Shown here: positions 27,968 to 37,236 of the stretch, in pieces
How the letters are laid out: the number at the start of each line of letters is the position of its first letter
Numbering within the stretch: position 1 is the stretch's first letter
IMG/VR virus record: IMGVR_UViG_3300045051_000987
Span: 49,553-113,552 of that record
Length of the DNA: 64,000 nucleotides
Direction: 5' to 3' (one strand)
Origin: a virus
Made by a program: the position numbers and the translations under genes
The notes under the pieces: generated by a model
Told to the model about the DNA's origin: nothing
Databases searched by the model: none
What the model saw: only the letters and a program-made list of their open reading frames with translations

Positions 27968-28737
27968 ACCTCCACGATCAGGAAGCCGTGCCCGCCGTCC
28001 TTCGCTTCACCGAACGTGAAGGTGATCGGCGCGCCGGGGATCTCGATGTCGAGCTCGCCACGTCGGATCGTCTGCCGCGCGTGGTAGTGCCCATTCACGA
28101 CGAGCGCCGGCCGGAGCTCCTCGACGAGCTGCACGGGGAAGGGCACCTCGCGCCCGTGGGCCATGTCGGTCGACTCCGATCCGGGGTGCATCCCGTCGAA
28201 GGAGAGGTGCCCACCGACGACGATCTTGAACCCGCCGTTGCGTAGCTTGTGCGCGCGCTCGAAGGCCTCACCGAGAGCTCGCCGGTAGTCGTCGGTGCGC
28301 TCGTACGCGCGCGAGACGTACGGGAGCGCGAGGTAGGCGACCTGTCCGAGCTCGAGCACCGTCGGCGCCTCGAGCACACGCACGCATCGCGGATCGGTCA
28401 CGCGGAGCGGGCTGAGCGTGCTCATCGGGCTCGAGGTGTCGATCACGTCGTGGTTGCCGGGGATCGCGACGAGCCCGCACGACATCGACGACGTGCGACC
28501 CACGCGCGTCGCGGCGCCGAGATGCAGGAAGCTCTCGTAGACGAACGTCGCCCAGCGCGCGTCTTGGATCGAGCCCGGATCCCACAGGTCGCCGAGGTTG
28601 AGCACCGTGTCGACCTCGTGCTCGTGGATCGCGGTCTCGAGCGCCGACACGTACTCCGCGAGCTCGGGGAGCCGCTCGACGCCCGCGGTGATCGCGTCCA
28701 CGTGCCAGTCGGACGTGATGAGGAAGCGCGACGTCAT
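27964..28737 (-). CDS. Mre11/SbcD-like metallophosphoesterase nuclease (catalytic domain)
   Basis: SDWH, GDLWD, PGNHD, GH and GHYH motifs. Confidence 0.92.
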   Translation of the reverse strand: MTSRFLITSDWHVDAITAGVERLPELAEYVSALETAIHEHEVDTVLNLGDLWDPGSIQDARWATFVYESFLHLGAATRVGRTSSMSCGLVAIPGNHDVIDTSSPMSTLSPLRVTDPRCVRVLEAPTVLELGQVAYLALPYVSRAYERTDDYRRALGEAFERAHKLRNGGFKIVVGGHLSFDGMHPGSESTDMAHGREVPFPVQLVEELRPALVVNGHYHARQTIRRGELDIEIPGAPITFTFGEAKDGGHGFLIVEV

Positions 28738-29114
28738 GACTTCGCCTCGGGCGCGCTCGTCTTCGCACCGCACGCCTTGCACGTGAGGATCGTCGTCCGA
28801 CCGTCGAGGTAGTAGGGCTCGTGGTTCCCGTTCCGATCGGGATGCGTGCACGGTTCATCCCACGCGGGCCGACCATCCTCGGTCGCCTGTTCCTTCACGA
28901 TGTCCGCGCGCCTCTCGCGCTGTCGCGCGATCGAGCTCTTCATCGCGGTGATCTTGCGGATGACGTTCTGCACGATCGGCGAGCGCATCATGAGCCGCGC
29001 ATCGCCACCGCGAAGGAGCGTCGCGAAGAGCTCACCGAGGCCATCGACCTCTTCGGCCGTGAACGACGTCGATGCAGCGAGGCGGACGTCAGCGAGAGGG
29101 GAACGACGCGACAT
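28734..29114 (-). CDS. Hypothetical protein with C-terminal Zn ribbon
   Basis: CTHP...CKACG; ATGA overlap. Confidence 0.6.
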   Translation of the reverse strand: MSRRSPLADVRLAASTSFTAEEVDGLGELFATLLRGGDARLMMRSPIVQNVIRKITAMKSSIARQRERRADIVKEQATEDGRPAWDEPCTHPDRNGNHEPYYLDGRTTILTCKACGAKTSAPEAKS

Positions 29115-29115
29115 G

Positions 29116-30336
29116 TCAGAGAGCTCCGATCTTCGTGTTGATCTCCGCGAGGAGCGCGGTGAGCGCCTCGCGATCCTTCGTGAGCGCAGCGACGGCGTTG
29201 TGGTCGCCGTTCCATCGCTTCTTCCGCCACGTGTACCAAGACCCTGCGAGGTCGATGATCCCGAGCTCCTTGCCCACGAGGATCGCATCGCGCGCGGTGT
29301 CGAAGCCCTCGGGCACGAGCTTGCCGTTGCTCATGTGGAACGTCGCATCCGTGTGGTCGGTCTCCATCATCCCGACCTTCGACTTCCAGATCCTCATGCG
29401 GTGCGCGAAGCCGAAGACCTTCTTCGACGCGCCCTCACCCAACTCGATCGCGCGACCCTTCATCACGCGGATGATCAGGCTCGCGTCGTACTGACTCGCG
29501 GCGCCTCCCTTGAGCGTCGGTTGCTCCCACGGCTTGAGGTCGTCGGCGTCACGTTCCTGCACGATGATCACGAACGCGGTCTCGGCCGCGCCGAGCATCG
29601 GCACGATGTGATCGAGCCACGCCTGGTTCATCGCCGCGCGGTAGCGGCCCCAGCCCTTGTCGATCGCATCACCGCCCTCGGCCTGTAGCTTCTTGAGCTC
29701 CCTCTCGGGCACGAGCTTGTTGAGCGAGTCGACGATCATGAGGCCCGCGAGATCGAGCTCGGGCGGAAGCGGGGGGAGCTTCGCGTCCTTCTTGAGCTTG
29801 AGGTGCTCGCGCCAGTACTCGAAGCGCGCCTTCCTCTCTGCGACCATCCACCCGAGGAAGGTGTCGACCTTGTCGATCGTCTCCTCGTACGTCTTCGGTC
29901 GCTCCGCGAAGAAGTTGGGGAACTCGGAGGCCGGCCGGCCGAGGAACTCGTCGACCCACTTGAGGTCCGTCGCGTGCTCTGCGTCGATGTACGACGCAGC
30001 GTGATCCTGCTCGATGAAGCTGCGGATGAAGCCGCCGATCGCAGCCGTCTTGCCGCCGTGCGTCGGGCCGTGAACCGTCGTGATGCGTCGAACGGGGAGA
30101 CCGCCGACGCGTGTGGCCTTGTTGAAGTGCGGGAAGATCGTTGGGACCGCGCGCACGCGATCGAGCACGTCGCTCGCCTTACCCCATCCCTCCGGCATCT
30201 TGCCCGAGAGCGCGCGGAAGCCGGTCTTCACGAGCGGCGCGGGGGGCGGGATCGTTCCGGCCTCCACCGGGTTCGTGGGCGCTTCCTTCTTCGGGGCCTT
30301 CTTCGAGCTCGGTGTCGGCTTGCTGCGGCTCTTCAT
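29116..30336 (-). CDS. RecA/UvsX-like recombinase
   Basis: GGLPVRRITTVHGPTHGGKT, YIDAEHA, IVDSL, GGAASQYDAS, GSWYTW. Confidence 0.93.
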   Translation of the reverse strand: MKSRSKPTPSSKKAPKKEAPTNPVEAGTIPPPAPLVKTGFRALSGKMPEGWGKASDVLDRVRAVPTIFPHFNKATRVGGLPVRRITTVHGPTHGGKTAAIGGFIRSFIEQDHAASYIDAEHATDLKWVDEFLGRPASEFPNFFAERPKTYEETIDKVDTFLGWMVAERKARFEYWREHLKLKKDAKLPPLPPELDLAGLMIVDSLNKLVPERELKKLQAEGGDAIDKGWGRYRAAMNQAWLDHIVPMLGAAETAFVIIVQERDADDLKPWEQPTLKGGAASQYDASLIIRVMKGRAIELGEGASKKVFGFAHRMRIWKSKVGMMETDHTDATFHMSNGKLVPEGFDTARDAILVGKELGIIDLAGSWYTWRKKRWNGDHNAVAALTKDREALTALLAEINTKIGAL

Positions 30337-30367
30337 CGTGGACCCATCATACCGCCGAACGCACGAA

Positions 30368-30395
30368 GGCCCGGGGAGGTCACCCGCCCCGGGCC
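30368..30395 (-). terminator. GC-rich hairpin after the SSB-like gene (putative intrinsic terminator)
   Basis: GGCCCGGGG-N10-CCCCGGGCC stem followed by TTCGT on the minus strand. Confidence 0.45.
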
Positions 30396-30426
30396 CACGC
30401 ACGCGCGTGCATCGCAGTCGACGTGA

Positions 30427-32064
30427 TCAGAAGGGGATGTCGTCGCCCTGATCACACCCGCAGTTGTCACACTTCACGACGGGCTTGCCATCCTCTTCGA
30501 CCTTGCGAAGCTTGCCCTTCGTCCCGCAGCCGATGCACTTCCGCTCGGTGATGTCGGCCACCTCCGCCTGCTCCTCGGCCGAGCGAGCCGAGGGACGCTG
30601 CGCGCCGCTCGAGGTCGGCTTCGCAGTCGTCGTCGGTGCCGGATCGGGCTCGACCACCTCGGGCCCGATCTCGTACTCCGTCCCGCACTTCGGGCACTTC
30701 GCGTCCGTGGGGAGGAGCATGTAGTCGCACGAGCCGCCGTCGGGCCCGTCGCACGGGATCCGCTCGGGCTCGGGCGGAGCCTTCGGCTTCGCCGGCTCCT
30801 CGGTCGCGACCTTCTTCCGACGCGGCTGAGGCCCGCTGCTCGTCGCAGGCGCCGCGCTCGACGTGCCGGGGCGCGTCGGTCCGCTCGTCGACGCTGCGGG
30901 GCGTGCAGCGCCACCGGGAGCCGCGCCGGGGCGCGTGACCTGCGTGCCCTCGGTGCGACCCTCGCCGCTCGGACGCGGCGAGCTGCTCGAGACGCGCGCA
31001 CCACCCGCGAGGATCGCGCCCGTGAGAAGCGACTTTCGGATGTCGCTGTCGGGCGAGAAGATCGCGTCGAGAGGGAGCTCGATCTGCGCCGCGGTCTCGA
31101 AGACCTGACGGATCTTGTCCATGTCGCCGTCGTTGACCTTCGTCATCGACGCGGTCTCGGGCGCCTCGACCTTCTCCCACGTGTCGCCCTCGGCCGGCTC
31201 GCCGCCGATCGCCTGCCAGATCTCGTCGGTGCACTGGTGCTTGTCCATCCGGAAGGCGTCGTAGCTGTTCATCGGGCTCGTCGCGCCGTCGATGTACTTC
31301 CACCGGATGCAGTAGGGGTGCTGGAACGGATCACCCTGCTCGCCACGCGACTCGATCTCGCGCTTGATCACCGCGCGCATCTTGTCGCCGAGGAGCTTCG
31401 TCTCGCGCGCGATCTTCGGACCCTCGCCCGGCTTCGCGTTGTTCACGACGACGAAGAGGTATTCGAGCTTCGTGTCGAGCGAGTGCCCTCGGTTCTTCTT
31501 GCCGCGCTTCACCTGACGCGAGGCCTCGCCGACCGTCCACGAGATCAGCTCGCCCTTGTTCTTGTGGTCGACCCACTCGAAGAGCACCTGATCGGGCTCG
31601 AGGATCTTCTTCTCGATCGCCCACCACAGATACTCGCGGAGGAGCAGGAACGGGTCGGTGATGATCAGCGGCTTGCCGAACTCGTCGCGCAGAGGCTTCG
31701 ACGTCTTCGGATCCTTGTTCACGATCTCCGACATCACGCCGGCCATCGCGCCGCCCTTCTCCTTGAAGAACTGGTTCGCGTTGATGTTCGGCTGATCGGG
31801 CGAGACGAAGCGCGGCCATGTAAGCTTCGGCACCTTGCGGCCCGTCTTCTCGCCGTCCTGGTTCTTCTCGTCGTACTCGACCTCGAGCGGGATCTGATGA
31901 CCGTTCACCGGGCGAATGCGCGACTCGGTGTGTAGCCAGATATCGATCTCGCCGACCTTCTTCCACTTGTCGAAGAACTGCCCACCACCACCGCGGAAGC
32001 TGTCCGGGTCGTGATCGAGAAAGTCCTGCAAGCCCAAGCCATCATCGTCGTCGTCGTACGCCAT
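30427..32064 (-). CDS. Large single-stranded DNA-binding-like protein with two Zn ribbons and a DDIPF tail
   Basis: Lies between the UvsY-like and RecA genes; ends GDDIPF like bacterial SSB; start MAYDDDDD after SD GGAG. Confidence 0.7.
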   Translation of the reverse strand: MAYDDDDDGLGLQDFLDHDPDSFRGGGGQFFDKWKKVGEIDIWLHTESRIRPVNGHQIPLEVEYDEKNQDGEKTGRKVPKLTWPRFVSPDQPNINANQFFKEKGGAMAGVMSEIVNKDPKTSKPLRDEFGKPLIITDPFLLLREYLWWAIEKKILEPDQVLFEWVDHKNKGELISWTVGEASRQVKRGKKNRGHSLDTKLEYLFVVVNNAKPGEGPKIARETKLLGDKMRAVIKREIESRGEQGDPFQHPYCIRWKYIDGATSPMNSYDAFRMDKHQCTDEIWQAIGGEPAEGDTWEKVEAPETASMTKVNDGDMDKIRQVFETAAQIELPLDAIFSPDSDIRKSLLTGAILAGGARVSSSSPRPSGEGRTEGTQVTRPGAAPGGAARPAASTSGPTRPGTSSAAPATSSGPQPRRKKVATEEPAKPKAPPEPERIPCDGPDGGSCDYMLLPTDAKCPKCGTEYEIGPEVVEPDPAPTTTAKPTSSGAQRPSARSAEEQAEVADITERKCIGCGTKGKLRKVEEDGKPVVKCDNCGCDQGDDIPF

Positions 32065-32180
32065 CGTCTTCTCTCCAACATCACCCCGCGCTCGGCGGAG
32101 CCATCGAGGGCCGTTCGGCCCGTGTACGTCGTAGACGGCCACAGGCACCGTCGACTGACGTCCGCATCATGCCGCGCGCG

Positions 32181-32858
32181 CTACCTCCCGCGAAGACCTT
32201 CGGCGAGGGTCCTCAGCGAGCTCGCACGACTCCTCCACGCGGTCGCGAGCTCCTCGACCACCGCGCGCGCGGCGTGGAACTCCTCGCTCCGACGCTCGAG
32301 ACTCCGCACCTCGTCGGGCCACGTCGCCATCACCGCGTCACGCACCTCCTCGAGCGTGGCCTTACCGAGCGACTTCGAGCCCGATGCCTGCGCGGCCGCG
32401 CGCTTCTCCGCTTCGATCTTCGATCGCGCCTCGGTGCGGAGCACCTCGAGCTTGAGCTGGATCTCTCGGTCGGCTTCCTGCTCCGCGAGCTTCGCCGCGC
32501 GCACGAGGATCGACGCCTCGAAGAACCGCCGATCGGCGACCTCGAGCGCTGACGCGATCTCCGCGTAGCTCGTGTGATCGCCGATCGCGAGCTGCGACTC
32601 GAGGCGCTCGAACGTCGTCTTCGGATCGACGTTGATCACGCGCTCGGTGATCGTGCTCCACGGGCCGAGGATCGGCGCCGAGAACGCGCTGCTCGGCGCG
32701 CCGTCGACGTCATCGGTCGGTTCGTGTTCACCCGGGTGAACAGGCTCACGCGCCTTCGGTGGCGGGAGCTCCATCCCCCCGCCCGCGTTCGGGTCGGGGA
32801 TCAGCTCCGCCGCTCGGGTCGCTGCTTCTGTCGTGCTCACCTTCTTGCGCCGTTCCAT
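32181..32858 (-). CDS. UvsY-like recombination mediator (putative)
   Basis: Helical; KATLEEVRDAV...WPDE...ELATAWRSRASSLRTL pattern; context next to SSB and RecA. Confidence 0.55.
   Translation of the reverse strand: MERRKKVSTTEAATRAAELIPDPNAGGGMELPPPKAREPVHPGEHEPTDDVDGAPSSAFSAPILGPWSTITERVINVDPKTTFERLESQLAIGDHTSYAEIASALEVADRRFFEASILVRAAKLAEQEADREIQLKLEVLRTEARSKIEAEKRAAAQASGSKSLGKATLEEVRDAVMATWPDEVRSLERRSEEFHAARAVVEELATAWRSRASSLRTLAEGLRGR
32725..32742. promoter_or_regulatory. Dispersed palindrome copy 5
   Basis: 18-bp core just past the PolB stop, inside the UvsY-like gene. Confidence 0.85.
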
Positions 32859-35800
32859 CCTGCTCCTCCTTCGCGGGCTCTGCGTCCCGCAGCCGACCTA
32901 CACCGACCACGCGCTCGATCGCGAAGCGCGCGCGCTCACTGCGGGCCACGAGGCCCGCGTCTTCGTCGCGGATGTGGTTGTTGTTCACGCGATCGACGAT
33001 GCGGATCGTGAGCGGCGAGCGACCGGGGTACGCGACCACCGCGGCCTTGAGCGCCTCGACCATGCGCGCGAGCTTCGCCTCAGCGAAGTCGATCGGGAGG
33101 TCAGGGAGGTACGCCGTCGCGACGAGCCCGAGCTCGAGCGGGGGAGGCTTGCGCGGCGCGCGCGGCTTCTTCGGCTTGGCGGGCTTCTGCGCCGGTGCCG
33201 GGCTCACGGTGGGCGTCGAGGCCTCGACGGGCGCTGAGGGCAACGTCGGCGCGGGGCGCGGGGTCTCGAGGTGCGGGCTCGACTGCGGCTCGAAGCCGAA
33301 GAGCGGGAGGCCCTCCATCGCCTTCGCAGGGTCGCGCTTGCGCTCGACGCTCGCGATCTCCTTCTCGATCGCGGCCGCGAGCTTGCGACGGCTCGCCGCC
33401 GTCTCCTTCCACTTCTCGGTCGGGTAGACCGCATCGAGGAGGCGCGCAGTCGGTGGGAGGATCTTCTTGTCCCAGTAGTAGTCGCGATCGATGCGCTCGA
33501 GCGCGCCGGGGTCGTACGCCGGCACACCGATGAGCTTGCCGTCGTCATCCTCGTCGTCTTCGGGTCGACCGGCGATCAAGTACTCGATGCGCGTGCCCTC
33601 GGTGACCTGCACGCCGCGCTCGACGAGGATCTTCGCCACGCGCACGTGCACGGGCTGCGATGCGATCTTCCGCTCGGCCCCGCACCGCGGACAGAGCTTC
33701 GACGTCTCCTCGTCGTAGTGCGTGCTCCCGAACTCGTAGCCGCACGACTTCATCCCCTTCTTCGTCTTCGTGCCCGGCGTCTGGATCTTGTTCGTGCACC
33801 GCGGGGACGTGAAGCGCGTTGCGTACTCGCCGAGGTTCTTCACCGACTGCGAGAGCACGATCTCCTCGATCGTGAGCGGAGCTTCGAGGATGCGTGCACG
33901 CCACCGCGCCACGAGCTCGTGGAAGACGTCGGCGCTCGGGGGAGGACGATCGATGTCGAGGAGCAGCTCGATCACCTCGTGCTGCATGTCGCGCGCGAGC
34001 TTGAGCGCGTCGCCGCGCTTGTACTCGAGCCCCTTCACCTCGGGCTTGAGGTCGGCCTTCGCGACCTTGCCCTTCTTCATCGCGAAGCGCGCCGCATAGC
34101 GCTTCTTCCCGACGAGCACGAGACGCCGGAAGCTCTTCTCGAAGTCGAGCTTCACCCGGCTCTCGAGGCACCCCATGCGCGCGAGCAGTGGAGGCCAGCT
34201 CTCGTTCAGCGAGGCGACGATGTTGCCGAAGAGCTTCATCTCCTCCGCGACGCGCTCAGGATCGCGCACGGCCGGCGAGCTCTTCGCCATCGCGAAGACC
34301 GAGTCGGTGTCGCCGTAGATCGCCTCGAGCTCTCCCGTCGCTTCGACGGTCGCCATCACGTGTCGAAGGAGCCACTGACCCGTGAGCGTCACGCCTCCCG
34401 CGACGGCTGGCTCGAAGAAGCGCGTGAACGACGATCCGACGATGCCGTAGAACGAATTCGCGATGATCTTGTACGCCGCCGAGAGGCGCTCGTACTTGCT
34501 CCGCTCGGTCGATCCGAGCTCCGCCGCCTCGGCCTTCTTCGTGTACTCCGCGCGGTTCGCTACGAGCGTGTCGAGCGCCTCCGCGAAGATGCCGCGCCGA
34601 TCAGTGCGGAAAAACGTCTCGCGCTCCTTCATCGGGAGCTTCGCCATCGGCACACCCTCGGCCTGTAGGCGCTTCACGTGGAACGGGGGCACGTACGTCT
34701 CGAGGCTCATGTTCCACGAGCGCATGATCGACGGGTACATGCCCGCGAAGTCGCACACGTGAACGTCGTCGAGCGCGCCCGTGCGCTTCGGCTCGAGCAC
34801 GAAGGCGCCGTCGTACTGCTCCGGCTCGGGGCCGTCGTCGTAGGTCTTCGTCGGCCATCGGTAGCCGCGCGCCGCGCCGAGCGCGAGGAGGTAGCCGTCG
34901 CCCTGCTGAGCTGCGCCGAGTGACCTCGAGTCGGGGAAGCAGCGCGTCACCTGACACACCGCGATGTGCAGCGCGACGAAGCCCGTCTTCGCCTCGATCT
35001 TCGCCATGAGAAGCGTGTCGTCTTCGTTGTACGAGAGGAGCTTCGCGCGCTGCTCGCCTCCCGCGGCCCACGCCTCCCACGTGTGAGCGCTGTCGAAGTC
35101 GGTCTTCCCCTCGCCGACGACGAACTGACCGATCGCGTTCAGGCTGAACGAGCTCCGCTCCTCGCCGCTCTCGTGGGCCTGGTTGTACTTCTTGAAGGCC
35201 TCCATGTGATCGAGCCAGCACCACCGATTCCAGATCGGGAGACGCCCGTTCTCGAGCTTCACGCGGAGCTTGTTCATCCGCATCTCGAGGCACGGGAAGT
35301 CGAAGGCGTCGCCGTTCCACGAGAGCACGAGGTCGAAGCCGTGGAGCTGCTCGAAGAGCTCACGGATCAGCTCGCGCTCGGACGCGTCGGTGTCCTCTGC
35401 GAGGATCGCGCTCGCGACCTTCTTCACCGAGCCGTCGACGAGCGTCGCGAGGCACCACGAGAGGATCCGAGCCTTGCCCGAGGTCATGTCGTCGAAGCGC
35501 TTGCGCGAGTCGACCTCGAGATCGAGGTAGACGCTGCGCGGCGTCCCGATCGAGATCATCGGCATGTCGGAGAGGAAGCGACGCAGCGGCCCGACGTCGC
35601 CCTCGAAGATCCCGCCCTGGTAGAGCTTCGTGTCGTCCTCCTCGAAGAGGACATCCATCTTCCTCGCCTTGATCGCTTCGACGATGCGCTCGTTCACCGC
35701 CTTGCGCGCGAAGCGGTTCTTGAAGTCGACGCGCGTGTAGCCGTTCACCGCATCGTGCTCGACGCGCACGACATCGCGAGAGCGCGAGAGCGCCTGTCGA

Positions 35801-35931
35801 TCGCGCTCATCCATCCCGCGGAAGAACGACGTCCAACGAGCGGGGAAGCGGCGCGCAGACACGTGATCGCCATCGCGCTCGACGAGGAACACGTGCTCGT
35901 CGTCAGACCAGCCGGAAACGATCTCGGACAT
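32746..35931 (-). CDS. Family B DNA polymerase
   Basis: Exo DLEVD, WNGDAFDFP, YNEDD; pol DFAGMYPS, KIIANSFYG, YGDTDS, KKRYA, KGLE; ATG 6 nt after CATGAT. Confidence 0.96.
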   Translation of the reverse strand: MSEIVSGWSDDEHVFLVERDGDHVSARRFPARWTSFFRGMDERDRQALSRSRDVVRVEHDAVNGYTRVDFKNRFARKAVNERIVEAIKARKMDVLFEEDDTKLYQGGIFEGDVGPLRRFLSDMPMISIGTPRSVYLDLEVDSRKRFDDMTSGKARILSWCLATLVDGSVKKVASAILAEDTDASERELIRELFEQLHGFDLVLSWNGDAFDFPCLEMRMNKLRVKLENGRLPIWNRWCWLDHMEAFKKYNQAHESGEERSSFSLNAIGQFVVGEGKTDFDSAHTWEAWAAGGEQRAKLLSYNEDDTLLMAKIEAKTGFVALHIAVCQVTRCFPDSRSLGAAQQGDGYLLALGAARGYRWPTKTYDDGPEPEQYDGAFVLEPKRTGALDDVHVCDFAGMYPSIMRSWNMSLETYVPPFHVKRLQAEGVPMAKLPMKERETFFRTDRRGIFAEALDTLVANRAEYTKKAEAAELGSTERSKYERLSAAYKIIANSFYGIVGSSFTRFFEPAVAGGVTLTGQWLLRHVMATVEATGELEAIYGDTDSVFAMAKSSPAVRDPERVAEEMKLFGNIVASLNESWPPLLARMGCLESRVKLDFEKSFRRLVLVGKKRYAARFAMKKGKVAKADLKPEVKGLEYKRGDALKLARDMQHEVIELLLDIDRPPPSADVFHELVARWRARILEAPLTIEEIVLSQSVKNLGEYATRFTSPRCTNKIQTPGTKTKKGMKSCGYEFGSTHYDEETSKLCPRCGAERKIASQPVHVRVAKILVERGVQVTEGTRIEYLIAGRPEDDEDDDGKLIGVPAYDPGALERIDRDYYWDKKILPPTARLLDAVYPTEKWKETAASRRKLAAAIEKEIASVERKRDPAKAMEGLPLFGFEPQSSPHLETPRPAPTLPSAPVEASTPTVSPAPAQKPAKPKKPRAPRKPPPLELGLVATAYLPDLPIDFAEAKLARMVEALKAAVVAYPGRSPLTIRIVDRVNNNHIRDEDAGLVARSERARFAIERVVGVGRLRDAEPAKEEQDGTAQEGEHDRSSDPSGGADPRPERGRGDGAPATEGA

Positions 35932-36010
35932 CGCGTCATCATGCCGCCGGAACGACAACGGCCCCGAGCGCGAGCTCGAGGCCGAAGGCGTCAGGACGAT
36001 CCTTGTGGGT

Positions 36011-37207
36011 TCACTCGACGCGGATGAACGACACCGCGACGCCGACGATCGCGCCGTCCTTGTCGTGCTTGAGCGCGATGCGCTGCTTCACGTTCTCGCT
36101 GATGTGGAGCTCGGCATAGGCGTCGTCCTTGTGGGCCTGGATCGGACGACCCGACGCCGCGCTGCGCCACGCGATCACCTGAGGCTTCGATCCGACCTTC
36201 GCAAGGAGCGTGATCTCGTTGCCGCTCTTCTTCGGCGCCGCGGTCTTGTCCTTCGCGCTCGAGCTCGGCGCCTTCGGCTTCGTTCGCCCGTTGCCCGACT
36301 CGTTCGCCTCCGCGCGGTGGCGCTCGATCTCCTTCGTCGACGCACCCGCGGCCGCCGCGTTCAGCGCGTCCGTGCGCGCCTCGGAGTCGGTGATGCCCGA
36401 GATCAGCGCGAGCTTCTTCGAGCCGATCTTCTCGAACGTCGCGCGATCGAACTGCTTCACGATGTCGATCAGCCGGTAGGCGAGCGTGCGGCCGATGTCG
36501 AGCTCCTTCTCGACGAAGGTCTTGAAGCTGTCGTGCCCGTTCGCCTTCCACCGACTGTCCTTGTAGATCTCGGTGAGCTCGAGGCCGAGGTCGAAGCTGT
36601 TCATCGCGAGGTTCGTCTTGAGCTCGTTGATCCGAGCGACCGACGCATCGAGCTTCTTCTTCGCCGCCTCGATGCCACCCGTCGACGCCGTAATCTCGGT
36701 CACGGGCTCGGGCTTCTTCGCACCCTTCGCCGGCTTCTCGGCCTTCGCCTTCGGCTGAGGAGGGGTCTCCTCGGTCTCCTCGGTCTTCGCAGTCGTAGTC
36801 GCGGCCGCTTCCGCAGCCTCCGCCGCGCCCGTCTCGTCGGAGGGCGTGCCCTCGTCACCGCAGAAGGGGCAGAAGTCGGTGTCTTCGGTCGAGACCTCGC
36901 CGCAGACGTTCTCGCACTTGATCATCGAGTCTTCGCTCATGCCCTCGAGCCGCTTGCCGAGCTCCTTGCGCACGAGCTCGAGGAGCTTCGACGTCGGCGC
37001 CTTCGCGTCGAACTTCACCTCGTACTTCTCGAGAGCGCGCGCGAGCGATTCGCGATTCGCGGGCGTCTTGCCGTCCGAGAGCATCACCACCTCGGCACCC
37101 TTGCCGCCCTCGATCACCGAGAGGTTGTTCGGGTTCGGCTTCTTCGCCGCTCCGCTCTTCTTCGCCACCACCGCCGGAGCCGCCGCCTGATTCTTCTTCG
37201 TCGCCAT
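36011..37207 (-). CDS. Multidomain DNA-binding protein (K/A-rich, HeH-like, Zn ribbon, ParB/DUF3102-like HTH)
   Basis: RESLARALEKYEVKFDAKAPTSKLLELV; CENVCG...FCPFCG; FDLGLELTEI...W...GHDSFKTFVEKELDIGRTLAYRLI. Confidence 0.65.
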   Translation of the reverse strand: MATKKNQAAAPAVVAKKSGAAKKPNPNNLSVIEGGKGAEVVMLSDGKTPANRESLARALEKYEVKFDAKAPTSKLLELVRKELGKRLEGMSEDSMIKCENVCGEVSTEDTDFCPFCGDEGTPSDETGAAEAAEAAATTTAKTEETEETPPQPKAKAEKPAKGAKKPEPVTEITASTGGIEAAKKKLDASVARINELKTNLAMNSFDLGLELTEIYKDSRWKANGHDSFKTFVEKELDIGRTLAYRLIDIVKQFDRATFEKIGSKKLALISGITDSEARTDALNAAAAGASTKEIERHRAEANESGNGRTKPKAPSSSAKDKTAAPKKSGNEITLLAKVGSKPQVIAWRSAASGRPIQAHKDDAYAELHISENVKQRIALKHDKDGAIVGVAVSFIRVE

Positions 37208-37236
37208 CTCTTCCTCCGCTGCTTCGATCGTGTTCT

